DNA of 64,000 nt from assembly GCA_965223295.1 (NCBI GenBank), contig CBDCWC010000003.1, forward strand, positions 192,001 to 256,000, in the 5' to 3' direction. Shown piece after piece: positions 9,194 through 19,167 of the stretch; position 1 is the first letter of the stretch; each line of letters opens with the position of its first letter. Origin of the DNA: Nitrospirales bacterium (GTDB taxonomy: Bacteria > Nitrospirota > Nitrospiria > Nitrospirales > UBA8639). The position numbers were made by a program, and so were the translations under genes. A model generated the notes under the pieces. That model was not told the origin of the DNA, did not search any database, and saw nothing but the letters and a program-made list of their open reading frames with translations.

Positions 9194-11020
9194 CTATTTT
9201 TTAACGTCGATTCCCAGCTTTCGCATCCGCGACCACAGGGTTGAGCGGTTCATGCCGAGTAAAGCCGCTGCTCCTTTTGGACCCGCAAGGACTCCGCCGG
9301 TTTTATCAAGTGCATCAAGAATGAGGCTACGCTCGGCGACTTCTAAGGTAGGAGCCTTTGGAGGATTGACCTCCGGTCCGGTTAAAAAACCAATGTGCTC
9401 TTCCGTTAGCACTCGGCCTTGGCAGAGGATGACAGCTCGTTCGAGAATATTTGCCAGCTCACGGACATTCCCCGGCCAATCAAAACGTCGGAGCCTATCA
9501 AATGCCGAATCGCTGATACTCTTAATTGGCTTCCCCATTCTCCTGGAAAAATTTCGCACAAAATAGTTGGCCAACTGTGGGATATCATCCTTTCGTTCTT
9601 TCAGCGAAGGAATGAAAATAGGAAAAATATTTAATCGATAAAACAGATCTGAGCGAAACGAACCGCGCCGTACTTCTTCTTGCAAATCTTTATTGGTTGC
9701 AGCAATCACACGTACATCAACTTTAATGGTGTGCGAGCCACCGACACGCTCGAATTCCTGTTCCTGTAGCACCCGCAAGAGTTTAATCTGCGTGTCATGT
9801 GGCAGCTCACCGACTTCATCCAAAAATATCGTGCCATGATGGGCCAATTCAAACCGGCCTTTCTTCTGTGTACCCGCACCGGTAAATGCCCCCTTCTCAT
9901 GTCCGAACAACTCGCTTTCAACCAAGCCCGCTGGCAATGCTCCGCAGTTTACTTTGATCATGATACGGTCTTTTCGATGACTCGCACTGTGGATCGCCCG
10001 CGCGATCAGTTCTTTTCCGGTTCCAGTTTCCCCGAGCAACAGCACGGTCGAATCCGTCGCCGCGACCATTTCGATATGTTTAAACACTCGCTCCATGGAG
10101 GGCGAGGTCCCGATAATCTCGCCGAAATTGAGTTCGTCTCTAAGCTCCTCTTTCAAATAGACATTTTGGTGATGGAGCCGGTCGAGTTGTTCTTCAGCCT
10201 TCTTTCGCTCCTCTATATCACGTAAAATAATCGTCACCAGGCATTGGCCAGAAATAGTAACCATAGAAAGGGTGCCCTCGATAGGAAACTCTTCTCCATC
10301 ACCTCGAACGGCGGTCTGTCCTTCCGGAACCCAGAGTGGAGTTTTTTTCTTCTGCCGCTTCATGTCATGAACATAGTTTTGAAGCAACCCTCGCAATTCT
10401 TCAGACAGAAACGACTCGAGTGACCGGCCTTCAACCGCTTCACGGTCACACCGAAACATCTTTTCGGCGGACTCATTGTAAAGAACAATTCTTAAGTCTT
10501 CATCCACCGTAATGATCGCATCCATGGCCGTAGTAATGATGCCATTCAGTCGTTCACGACTCTCATAAAGCGCCCGTTCCACTTTTTTTCGTTCAGTCAC
10601 ATCCACCAAAAACGACTGAGTGTGGATAAGCACATGATTCTCATCAAACTTGCCATGTGCAGACAACAACACATCGATGATCTCACCGTTCTTTTTAATG
10701 AACTGCAACTCGAGATTCGTGGCTAAGCCAGTTTTGAGAAACCTTTCTCTAAAGTGATAATCGATCGCATATGCTCCAGATGGCTTCGTCTGAAAGTCAG
10801 TGACCGGCCGGCCAAGAACCTCTTCCCGTCTATAGCCAAGGACATTCAGCCAATGCTGATTCACGCTCACCAGTTTCGCCTCTTTGTTCAAAGAATGCAT
10901 CATGACGGGGGTATGTTCATAGAGGAAACGATGCCGCTCTTCACTTTCTTTCAGCTCAGCCGTGCGTTCTTCAACTCGCCTTTCAAGTTCAGCCGCATCT
11001 CGTTTGCTAAATGAGGACAT
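9194..11020 (-). CDS. PAS-PAS sigma54-dependent transcriptional activator (FhlA/NtrC-family bEBP)
   Basis: Two PAS/PAC domains; Walker [38 protein letters not shown]; Fis-type HTH. Confidence 0.95.
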   Translation of the reverse strand: MSSFSKRDAAELERRVEERTAELKESEERHRFLYEHTPVMMHSLNKEAKLVSVNQHWLNVLGYRREEVLGRPVTDFQTKPSGAYAIDYHFRERFLKTGLATNLELQFIKKNGEIIDVLLSAHGKFDENHVLIHTQSFLVDVTERKKVERALYESRERLNGIITTAMDAIITVDEDLRIVLYNESAEKMFRCDREAVEGRSLESFLSEELRGLLQNYVHDMKRQKKKTPLWVPEGQTAVRGDGEEFPIEGTLSMVTISGQCLVTIILRDIEERKKAEEQLDRLHHQNVYLKEELRDELNFGEIIGTSPSMERVFKHIEMVAATDSTVLLLGETGTGKELIARAIHSASHRKDRIMIKVNCGALPAGLVESELFGHEKGAFTGAGTQKKGRFELAHHGTIFLDEVGELPHDTQIKLLRVLQEQEFERVGGSHTIKVDVRVIAATNKDLQEEVRRGSFRSDLFYRLNIFPIFIPSLKERKDDIPQLANYFVRNFSRRMGKPIKSISDSAFDRLRRFDWPGNVRELANILERAVILCQGRVLTEEHIGFLTGPEVNPPKAPTLEVAERSLILDALDKTGGVLAGPKGAAALLGMNRSTLWSRMRKLGIDVKK

Positions 11021-11474
11021 AAATCGTTTCGCTTATCTTCTATTACCGTATGCGCATGACCCCTGCGCCGAGCGGCACCCATGGGAGATACGGCCCAGTT
11101 CAGATTGAATGGTATGGTTTGACCTGAAAGGCGTGAAGATCCGAGGCAGAAGAATCTGTTGCCGTTTGTGGGCGCTACCGAAGAATAGATGTCTGGTGCT
11201 GTGACGTTGCATCACCTCACTCATGAGAATGTGGGCTGGCTAGGTGCTCTGGGGGGAGATACGTGATGCTCAGTGGAGATATGCCATCAGCCAGCCCTCC
11301 TGAGAATAGGAAGGCAATAAGTAAATCTTGTAGAAAACCAAACGGTACCAAGGAGGCCAGAAAAAGGTCAATCGACGTAAAAATCTTTCCAATTTTTCAA
11401 CAAAGCTCAAATCATCCTAAAAACGGCGGTTGGATCACTCTCTCCTTCGATCAAGCGACAGGTAAATCTGCTTA

Positions 11475-11490
11475 TGGCATTCATATTGCT
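11475..11490 (+). promoter_or_regulatory. Sigma54 -24/-12 promoter upstream of ECF paralog 2
   Basis: TGGCATT-CATA-TTGCT (GG-N10-GC), 69 nt before ATG 11560, divergent from the bEBP gene. Confidence 0.8.
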
Positions 11491-11559
11491 ATTTATCTCA
11501 TGAAATTGGCTAAAAGAGTGGAGAAAGATTCTTTATCAAGACGGAAGAAGGCCTCACCC

Positions 11560-12186
11560 ATGCTAGCCCCTCATCATCCCACATCAGCCCTAAACAAAGA
11601 CTCCTTGCGCAAACAAATGGAACACACACGAAGCAAGGACAATGATCATCACCAAGCGCTCATAACGAAAATGGCGAGAGGGAGTGAAGAGGCCTTATCG
11701 GAATTTTACCGGATCTTTGAGAAAAAGATTTATGCGTTCGTGCAAATCCGTTTAAACGATTCTCATGATGCCACCGACTTACTGAATGAAATCATGTGGG
11801 AGGTTTGGAAGGGCGCTGCGCGGTTTGAAGGTCGTTCAGCGGTCACAAGCTGGGTCTTTGGAATCGCTCATCACAAAATCGTTGATCGCATACGAAGCAA
11901 AACTCGGCATCCCACGGAACAACTTGAAACCATCGAATCTTATGAATCAGATCTCGATCTTGAAACCCTTGTAGGAAAGAGGCAGTTAGGGAGCCATATT
12001 CAACATTGCATGGAGAAGTTATCTCATGAACAGCGGCAGGTTGTACATTTCGCGTTCTTTGAAGACTTCTCGTATCGGGAGATCAGTGAGATCGTTGGGA
12101 GTCCAGAAGGCACGATTAAGGCACGAATGTTTCATGCCAAGCAAGCACTCAAACGCTGCCTAGCAAGACGGCTCAAAGCAGATTGA
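11560..12186 (+). CDS. ECF RNA polymerase sigma-70 factor (paralog 2, no adjacent anti-sigma)
   Basis: Close paralog of 214..834, with identical EIVGSPEGTIKARMFHAKQALKRCLARR. Start at ATG 11560 (or 11617), downstream of the sigma54 promoter. Confidence 0.93.
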   Translation: MLAPHHPTSALNKDSLRKQMEHTRSKDNDHHQALITKMARGSEEALSEFYRIFEKKIYAFVQIRLNDSHDATDLLNEIMWEVWKGAARFEGRSAVTSWVFGIAHHKIVDRIRSKTRHPTEQLETIESYESDLDLETLVGKRQLGSHIQHCMEKLSHEQRQVVHFAFFEDFSYREISEIVGSPEGTIKARMFHAKQALKRCLARRLKAD

Positions 12187-12268
12187 GAGGTTTTTAGTTG
12201 AAATAATCGAGCAAAATAAAGGTAGCGCACAAAAACAATACCGAGAGCAATCAAGAAAGGAGAATATC

Positions 12269-13240
12269 ATGGTGGCAAAATATCGGAATAACCTACCACA
12301 ACTATCCGATGAAATATTTCTTACTGATGGTGGCATGGAAACGACGCTTGTATTCCATGAGGGGTTGGATCTTCCTGCCTTCGCGGCCTTTACGTTGCTT
12401 AAAGCAGAAGAGGGACGACAAGCCATGCGTGAGTATTTTGATCGCTATATTCCACTCGCCACTAAAAACGAGCTGGGGTTTGTGCTGGAAAGCCCTACAT
12501 GGCGAGCGAATCCAGACTGGGCCGCGAAAATTGGGTATGGGCCAGAGGATTTGCATGCGGCGAATCGCGAGGGAATTTCTTTTATAGAAGAAATTCGTGG
12601 TCGCCATGAAACAACGCAGTCTAAAATGCCAATAAGCGGCTGCATCGGCCCCCAGGGCGATGGATATAATCCCTCCTGTTTTATGAGTGCAGAAGAAGCC
12701 GAACAATACCATCAGTCGCAAATTGATACGTTCAAGGATACAGCTGCTGACTTTGTCACGTCCTTTACGATCTGCTATGCGGAGGAAGCTATTGGTATCA
12801 CGCGGGCCGCCCAGAATGCGGGTATACCCGTCACTATAGGCTTTACCCTTGAGACAGATGGAAGGCTTCCAAGTGGGCAATCTCTCAAAGATGCCATTGA
12901 GCAAGTCGATGGCGAAACGGGAAATCTTCCCATTTACTACATGGTCAATTGTGCTCACCCTACGCATTTTATGAATGTGTTCGTGGGCGAACCTTGGGCA
13001 GAACGTATCCGCGCGATCCGTGCCAACTCTTCAAAAATGAGCCATGCAGAGCTAGATAATGCTGAAAAGTTGGATGAAGGCAACCCGCAAGAGTTTGGGC
13101 AGGAATATCTTCTGTTACGTTCAAAACTCCCAAACCTAAATATACTTGGCGGTTGCTGCGGCACAGACCATCGTCATGTGGAAAGTGTGTGCCAGATATG
13201 GCTGAGAGATAGCCATGAAGTTTTGGCCGGGCAAAACTAA
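12269..13240 (+). CDS. Homocysteine S-methyltransferase family protein
   Basis: LTDGGMETTL, VNCAHP and ILGGCCGTD zinc-binding motifs. Confidence 0.92.
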   Translation: MVAKYRNNLPQLSDEIFLTDGGMETTLVFHEGLDLPAFAAFTLLKAEEGRQAMREYFDRYIPLATKNELGFVLESPTWRANPDWAAKIGYGPEDLHAANREGISFIEEIRGRHETTQSKMPISGCIGPQGDGYNPSCFMSAEEAEQYHQSQIDTFKDTAADFVTSFTICYAEEAIGITRAAQNAGIPVTIGFTLETDGRLPSGQSLKDAIEQVDGETGNLPIYYMVNCAHPTHFMNVFVGEPWAERIRAIRANSSKMSHAELDNAEKLDEGNPQEFGQEYLLLRSKLPNLNILGGCCGTDHRHVESVCQIWLRDSHEVLAGQN

Positions 13241-13352
13241 TCTGATACGGAGGGAAATAGTGAAGGAGCTAGATAATTCCCGAATGTTTCCTGCCAAGCA
13301 AGCGCTCAACCGCTGTTTGTCCAGAAAGATCAAATAATCTTGAGGAGTTTGC

Positions 13353-14102
13353 ATGAGTTCTAGATCTTTACAGAAATCGACAACCAGCTACCAACACCAA
13401 ATTGTCCTAGCAATGGCAGCATGGGCAATCTGGTTCATGATGACAGGGTCTGTACTCAGTTACGGGGCAGACAACGACATACAGGTCTTCCAACACGGTG
13501 ATGACAATCAAGCCACCTTGACGAACACCGGGCAATCGAATCGAGCGGTGGTGACACTAGGGGGTAACCATAGCGAAGTACGCATTGAACAGGTCGGTGA
13601 GAACCATCAGGCTGAACTGACGCAAGATGGAGAAGACAATCTCCTCACCGTTTATCAAGAGGGAGAGGACCATACAGCAAATATGACGCAAGGGTTGAAC
13701 ACAGTGGGCAACACCATCAGCTTGGAGCAAATCGGCATGGCCCATACGGCTACGGCCATCCAAGAAGGGGCTTTGAACTTGATCGCGCAACAGCAACAGG
13801 GATTTGATAACCAACTGGAAGCCTACCAAGATGGCGACAACAACCAGATCAAGCAAGAACAAGAGGGGTCTGGTAACCGAGCGACGGCCCGCCAAGTTGG
13901 AGACGGAAACAGCATTGCCCAAACACAAATGGGAAATGACAATCAGTCAGACGCTCTACAATTCGGTCAGGATAACAGCATCACCCATACACAAGTCGGC
14001 GATGGGTTAGCCTATTCGGTGGTGCAAGAGGGACATGGGATGGAGATCACGATCACGCAAGACATGTTGGGCACCGTGGTCACACCTCCCCCCGGGCAGT
14101 GA
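13353..14102 (+). CDS. Curlin-repeat protein (minor curlin/CsgB-like)
   Basis: Signal peptide followed by repeated Q-x-G-x-x-N-x-A-x-x-x-Q units. Confidence 0.85.
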   Translation: MSSRSLQKSTTSYQHQIVLAMAAWAIWFMMTGSVLSYGADNDIQVFQHGDDNQATLTNTGQSNRAVVTLGGNHSEVRIEQVGENHQAELTQDGEDNLLTVYQEGEDHTANMTQGLNTVGNTISLEQIGMAHTATAIQEGALNLIAQQQQGFDNQLEAYQDGDNNQIKQEQEGSGNRATARQVGDGNSIAQTQMGNDNQSDALQFGQDNSITHTQVGDGLAYSVVQEGHGMEITITQDMLGTVVTPPPGQ

Positions 14103-14108
14103 CACTTC

Positions 14109-14196
14109 GTCATTCCCGCGTGGGCGGGAATCTAAATTCGCCAGTCACGAAGCTGGTGAAGAAAGGTGGATACCCGCCACATTCTGCGGGTATGAC
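14109..14196. repeat. REP-type inverted pair
   Basis: GTCATTCCCGCGTGGGCGGGAATCTA ... TGGATACCCGCCACATTCTGCGGGTATGAC; a degenerate second repeat family follows (~14218-14275). Confidence 0.7.
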
Positions 14197-14464
14197 AAGA
14201 TTTGGGATTAGGACACATGGTTCGAACAGGTTCACATGACACGTATCGAAACCTCATTCTGAGTTCGTCGAAAAATGGTTTAACAGGGACATCTTAGATG
14301 GGTGACATATAAAACATTCTGCTAGCGTTTAAGGGAAGAAACGCTAGAACCATTCTACGCAGCAGGGCAACGCGCGAGTCCGCAAGCGAAGGATGAAAAA
14401 GAAGGCTTCCCAAATAAAAAGTATTGTTCACCAACACATTTCATGTTTAACAAGGAGAATGATC

Positions 14465-15103
14465 ATGAACCATCGATCACTTATACACACATCAGTAAGC
14501 AGTTTATTCATGCTTGCATTGCTCACTGCCGGGACTGGGGTCTCGGCACAAGATAACGTTGCGGACTTCTTGCAGGAGGGCGACGACAATGTCGCGACCA
14601 TTGTCCAAGTCCCGGACGCTGAGGGAGTGGAAGCCTTTATTAGTCAAGCCGGCGATGACAACACGGCGGAAATCGTCCAAAACCAGAACTCCTCACACAA
14701 TCTGGCTATCATCGACCAAAGCGGCGATGGAAACAACACGGATATTAACCAATTTGGAGGCTCATCCAACAACGTGGCTATGATCGACCAAAGCGGCGAT
14801 GACAATAATGCGCTAATCCAGCAAAATCTAAACTCCGTCGACAATGTGGCCACCGTCGACCAAAGCGGCAATGACAACTCCGCATTTCTCGAACAAATCA
14901 ATGGTACTGAAAACAATACAGCCTCCATTGATCAAAGCGGCGATGACAATTCGGCCGCCATTTTCCAACTTGGCACGAACAACGTCGCCAGCGTGGATCA
15001 ATCGGGAGATGACAATGAGGCCAATGTGAACATGATTGACAATTTCGACATGGTGTCTGTGGTGCAATCTGGCAATGGTAACGTAGCCAATTACAACCCA
15101 TGA
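14465..15103 (+). CDS. Curlin (CsgA-like), about 8 repeats
   Basis: Signal peptide ending VSA; repeats N-x-A-x-I-D-Q-S-G-D-x-N-x-A-x-I-x-Q; AAGGAGA before ATG 14465. Confidence 0.88.
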   Translation: MNHRSLIHTSVSSLFMLALLTAGTGVSAQDNVADFLQEGDDNVATIVQVPDAEGVEAFISQAGDDNTAEIVQNQNSSHNLAIIDQSGDGNNTDINQFGGSSNNVAMIDQSGDDNNALIQQNLNSVDNVATVDQSGNDNSAFLEQINGTENNTASIDQSGDDNSAAIFQLGTNNVASVDQSGDDNEANVNMIDNFDMVSVVQSGNGNVANYNP

Positions 15104-15240
15104 ATTGAAGAGTTCATGGATGGATAAGGGCCTGGGGAGGGAGATAACCCTCCCTCCACAGCCAAAGAAGAATAGTACATGGACCACAATTAACCACTCA
15201 TTTTCAGCCTAGCTGGTAATGTTGACGAAAGAGGATTGAA

Positions 15241-16467
15241 ATGAAACATCGATCATTCAGACATACATCAATCACCAGTCTATTCGTGCTTGCATTGCTC
15301 ACTGCCGGAACCGAGGTCTCGGCACAAGATAACGTGGCGGACTTCCTACAGGAAGGAGATAACAATGTAGCCACCATACTTCAAGTCCCGGATGCTGAAG
15401 GAGTCGAGGCTATTATTAGTCAAGCCGGAAATGACAACGAGGCGGAAATTGAGCAAGCGGGGGAGGATATTGCCCACCTTGTTGTTTCTATCAACCAAAG
15501 CGGCGATGGAAACGACGCGGATATCCTCCAAGAAAATGACTCCTCGAACAACGTAGCCTCTATCAACCAAAGTGGCAATGGGAACGATGGGGAGATCAAC
15601 CAAGAGTTGAACTCTTCCAACAACGAGGCCACCATCGACCAAAGTGGCGATGGGAACAATGCGGATGTCCTCCATGAGATAGACTCGTTTGACAACGTTG
15701 GCTCCGTCGATCAAAGCGGAAATGACAACCTTGCAGATATTACCCAAGATTTTGACTCCGCGAACAACGTAGCCTCTATCGACCAAAGTGGCGATGGGAA
15801 CACGGCCGATATTAACCAGAACGAGGATTCTGAAAACAATACAGCCTCCATTGATCAAAGTGGCGATGACAATGTAGCGGAAATCAACCAAAGTCTGGAA
15901 GCCGGAAACAATGAAGCAAACATCACTCAAGATGGGGACGGCAACTTTGCGAAAGTTGAACAAGATGAAGCAGCCGAAGGCAATGTAGGTTCTATCGACC
16001 AGAGTGGCGACAACAACGAGGCGGGCATTACTCAAGACGATGTCTCGGAAAACAATGTTGCCAACATCAATCAGAGTGGGAATAACAACTTTGCGGAGCT
16101 TGAGCAGCAAATCACTTCTTCCCACAACACAGCCTCCATCGTCCAAAGCGGAGATGGCAATGAGGCAACTCTCGAACAGCTACTCACTTCTTCCCACAAC
16201 ACAGCCTCTATCGTCCAAAGCGGTAACACGAATGCAGCTAACATAAATCAAAGTCTTAACTCTGAAAACAATGAAGCCACGATTGACCAAAGTGGCAATG
16301 ACAACTTGGCAAGTATTAATCAGAGTGTTGACAGTATGAACAATGTAGCCAGTGTGGACCAATCCGGCGACAATAACGAAGCCTTAATTAATATGACCGG
16401 TCAAGAATTTGATGTGGTGAATGTTGTACAGTCAGGGAATGGCAATGAGGCCTTTTATAACCCATGA
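15241..16467 (+). CDS. Long curlin (CsgA-like), 16 repeats of about 24 aa
   Basis: Signal peptide nearly identical to the preceding gene; 16 QxG-x-x-N repeats with a 72-nt period; strongly acidic. Confidence 0.9.
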   Translation: MKHRSFRHTSITSLFVLALLTAGTEVSAQDNVADFLQEGDNNVATILQVPDAEGVEAIISQAGNDNEAEIEQAGEDIAHLVVSINQSGDGNDADILQENDSSNNVASINQSGNGNDGEINQELNSSNNEATIDQSGDGNNADVLHEIDSFDNVGSVDQSGNDNLADITQDFDSANNVASIDQSGDGNTADINQNEDSENNTASIDQSGDDNVAEINQSLEAGNNEANITQDGDGNFAKVEQDEAAEGNVGSIDQSGDNNEAGITQDDVSENNVANINQSGNNNFAELEQQITSSHNTASIVQSGDGNEATLEQLLTSSHNTASIVQSGNTNAANINQSLNSENNEATIDQSGNDNLASINQSVDSMNNVASVDQSGDNNEALINMTGQEFDVVNVVQSGNGNEAFYNP

Positions 16468-16892
16468 ATCAAAGATCTCACAGAGGCTTTAGTGGCATGA
16501 TTACTTGGAGAGCGAGTGCCCACCTTCCTGGGTGGGTGCTCTGCCTAGGGGTTGGCCTCTGGTTATGTTTGGGACCAGTTGAGGCAGGGCAATCTTCTCT
16601 CCACACGGCAGATGAGGAAGCACAGATGGATACGAATCAGCAAATCATCATCCAAGAAGGCCAGAATAATCACAAAGCCATCACCCAGGATGGTGAGCAT
16701 CTGAAGCTGCGCCTGGAGCAGCGCGGAACCGATAACAAGTCAACCATTACTCAACAAGGTAATGACAATCAGGCGGAGTCGATTCAAGAGGGTGATCGCA
16801 ACAGTAGTCGCATTCGTCAAAAAGGTTCTGGCAACCGAGCCGCCATTCGACAGGATGGTTCTTCGCGAACCAAGAAGCGAGAGACCTCATGA
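16464..16892 (+). CDS. Short basic curlin-repeat protein (CsgB-like nucleator candidate)
   Basis: Signal peptide; QEGQNN, QRGTDN, QQGNDN, QKGSGN repeats; ATGA overlap with the preceding gene. Confidence 0.8.
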   Translation: MNQRSHRGFSGMITWRASAHLPGWVLCLGVGLWLCLGPVEAGQSSLHTADEEAQMDTNQQIIIQEGQNNHKAITQDGEHLKLRLEQRGTDNKSTITQQGNDNQAESIQEGDRNSSRIRQKGSGNRAAIRQDGSSRTKKRETS

Positions 16893-17332
16893 GAAACACG
16901 CTGCCCCGTTACATACTCTTGCAAGTCGGGCTACAAATGTGGTGTCTCGTTTTTATCATGGGCTTGCTCTCGCCCATGGCGACTCTGGCTGTGACGCCGC
17001 CCCGAGAAGATGAAACAGACGATACTTTCTTGGGGATTGCGGGCTTGGTCGTGGATGAAACACGCACGGTAGCGGGGCGACGATTTTTCGAAGGCCTCGC
17101 TTCTCAATTGACGGATCTTGGGGGACAGACAGAGAACATTGTGGTGACCGAGCTGGCAGATCCCCGCTTTGGCAGCCGCCTCTCAGTCAACGTGGGACCC
17201 GCACTCGTCTTTCGGCGATTTTTGGCCCCGCGGCTGGGAGATGTCGACAAGGAAGTGGAATTGGCGGTATCCAGAGTCCATCGAGTATTGAACATGGCAC
17301 ACCAGCTTCAGCAAGCATTGGAGATGTACTAA
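16889..17332 (+). CDS. csgE: Curli assembly protein CsgE
   Basis: GLVVDETRTVAGRRFFEG...IVVTELADPRFGS matches CsgE; position before csgF/csgG. Confidence 0.85.
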   Translation: MRNTLPRYILLQVGLQMWCLVFIMGLLSPMATLAVTPPREDETDDTFLGIAGLVVDETRTVAGRRFFEGLASQLTDLGGQTENIVVTELADPRFGSRLSVNVGPALVFRRFLAPRLGDVDKEVELAVSRVHRVLNMAHQLQQALEMY

Positions 17333-17399
17333 TGGGCCATGAGTGGCGACACCTTCGTCGTCAAAGCACACATTGGATAGGCCACAAGGGAGGGTTGAG

Positions 17400-17825
17400 A
17401 TGAAATGTTTTTTTATACTTCTTTCGCTAATATTTTCCTTTTTCACGTGGGATGGCAACGTGCATCAATCAGCAGCCTCGGAACTCCGGCATACCTTTAC
17501 GAATCCGAATTTTGGGGGCAACCCGTTTAATGGTCAACCTCTCTTAAATTCCGCTGTCTTACAGAATGATTTTGACGGAGAGGAGGACGACAGTCGGCCC
17601 GGAGTCCTTGAAGATTTTCAGACTCGCTTAGATCGGGCTATTTTCAATCGCCTGTCCCGCGAAATTGTGGCGGAAGCCTTCGGCGAGGACAGTGACCTCA
17701 CCCCAGGCACCTTTGATACAGGGGATTTTCAGATTGACATCTCCGAAGATGTCGACGGGGTGACGGTTGGCATCGTGGACAAGCTGACGGGGGATACCAC
17801 CACCATCCAAGTTCCGTTTTTTTAA
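17400..17825 (+). CDS. csgF: Curli assembly protein CsgF
   Basis: Mature N-terminus SELRHTFTNPNFGGNPFNGQPLLNSAVLQN and C-terminal TGDTTTIQVP. Confidence 0.93.
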   Translation: MKCFFILLSLIFSFFTWDGNVHQSAASELRHTFTNPNFGGNPFNGQPLLNSAVLQNDFDGEEDDSRPGVLEDFQTRLDRAIFNRLSREIVAEAFGEDSDLTPGTFDTGDFQIDISEDVDGVTVGIVDKLTGDTTTIQVPFF

Positions 17826-17867
17826 TGCCATGGCATTATTGTGATTTTGATAAGGAGATGTGTTGTC

Positions 17868-18785
17868 ATGAACGTACACCGGAAATTTCTTATTCTCGTT
17901 GGATACCTCGTCTGCGTATTCAGTGGCTGTTCCCCGATGATTCAGCCGATGAGCAGTGGCAAGGCCGTGGTTGGATATGAGTCGCACGTGTTCGAACAAT
18001 TGGCCGCCCTCCCACCCCCGTCCGAACCCATTGTGGTCTCAGTGTATAAATTTCGTGATCAGACGGGCCAGTACAAACCCAGTGACACCGTGCTGCAGTA
18101 TTCCACAGCCGTCACGCAAGGAGCCACCTCCCTCTTGATTAAAGCGTTGATGGATGCAGGACAAGGCACATGGTTTACGGTATTAGAGCGAGAAAACTTG
18201 TCAAGTCTGTTAAATGAACGGAAAATCATTCGCCAGACACGCAAGCAGTACACCAATGGAAACAGCACATTGCCGCCCTTACCGCCGCTCCTCTATGCCC
18301 CGATCATGTTGGATGGCGGGATTGTGGCCTATGAATCCAATTTGCTCAGCGGCGGCATGGGAGCTCGATATTTTGGAGCTGGAGGATTCACAGAATTTCG
18401 TCGCGATACGGTGACGGTCGATTTGCGAGCGATTTCTGTGAAGCGCGGGACGATTCTCAAAACCTTGCAAACCCGTAAAACGATCTTTTCTGCCAAATTA
18501 GAGGGAGGGTTATTTCGATTTGTGGATCCATTGCGTCTTTTTGAAGCAGAAATCGGGATATCAAGCAACGAACCACCGCAAATGGCAGTACGGGAAGCCA
18601 TTGAAATGGCCGTGTACGGCCTGATTTTGGATGGAGTCGGCAGCAATCTCTGGTCATTCGCAGATCCAGAAGCTGCCGCCCCAATCATCGCGGATTACCT
18701 TGAAGAAAAAGAAGAACAACTGGTTGCTCAATTGAATACCGCAAAAAACCAAACAGAAAGTTCTTCTTCAGAGTATGAATGGTAA
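17868..18785 (+). CDS. csgG: Curli secretion pore lipoprotein CsgG
   Basis: Lipobox FSGC; VSVYKFRDQTGQYKP, STAVTQGA, WFTVLERENL..LLNERKIIR, NEPPQMAVREAIE. Confidence 0.96.
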   Translation: MNVHRKFLILVGYLVCVFSGCSPMIQPMSSGKAVVGYESHVFEQLAALPPPSEPIVVSVYKFRDQTGQYKPSDTVLQYSTAVTQGATSLLIKALMDAGQGTWFTVLERENLSSLLNERKIIRQTRKQYTNGNSTLPPLPPLLYAPIMLDGGIVAYESNLLSGGMGARYFGAGGFTEFRRDTVTVDLRAISVKRGTILKTLQTRKTIFSAKLEGGLFRFVDPLRLFEAEIGISSNEPPQMAVREAIEMAVYGLILDGVGSNLWSFADPEAAAPIIADYLEEKEEQLVAQLNTAKNQTESSSSEYEW

Positions 18786-18919
18786 GCGATCATTCGCTTT
18801 GACCAATGGTTGCGTACAATTTTGTCGTTTCTCTCCTAAACCTCTTTCTCCGCTCATCCCCTCTCCCATCTCATGGAGCTAAGAAGTCTGGTCTACACTC
18901 ACACCCCTTTTATACTTTA

Positions 18920-19131
18920 GAGTCTGTTGAAAAAAACCGTCAGCGGCGTTCTCGCCATTTTTCCGTGCTCACGTAGGACCAGTCCGCTCTGTACGCAAAA
19001 ATGGCTGTGGCCTTTCTAGACGGACTCTTCGACAGACTCAGTGAATGCTTTTTGAACCAACCCGAGGCCGCTCATCGTCTACGGGTCCCTGACGAAATAT
19101 GCCCCTTGATATCTTCATTATTCAACACTCC
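18920..19131 (+). repeat. MITE/REP-like element copy
   Basis: CTGTTGAAAAAA..CAGCGGCGTTCTCGCCATTTTTCCGTGCTCACGTA ... ATTATTCAACACTC. Confidence 0.85.
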
Positions 19132-19167
19132 TTTTTATTATAAAATCATTCTCAAGTGTAAGTAATC

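Noticed and set aside
11263-11559. 99-aa N-terminal extension on ECF paralog 2 in the ORF track
   Set aside because: Spans the sigma54 promoter and has no counterpart in paralog 1
15346-16146. 266-aa antisense ORF over the long curlin (and similar antisense ORFs at 12302-12967 and 26181-26687)
   Set aside because: Shadow ORFs from biased codon use on the coding strand; no RBS or protein motifs
14560-16460. Regular 72-nt periodic repeats as a CRISPR array
   Set aside because: Repeats are degenerate at codon third positions and encode curlin units; no cas genes
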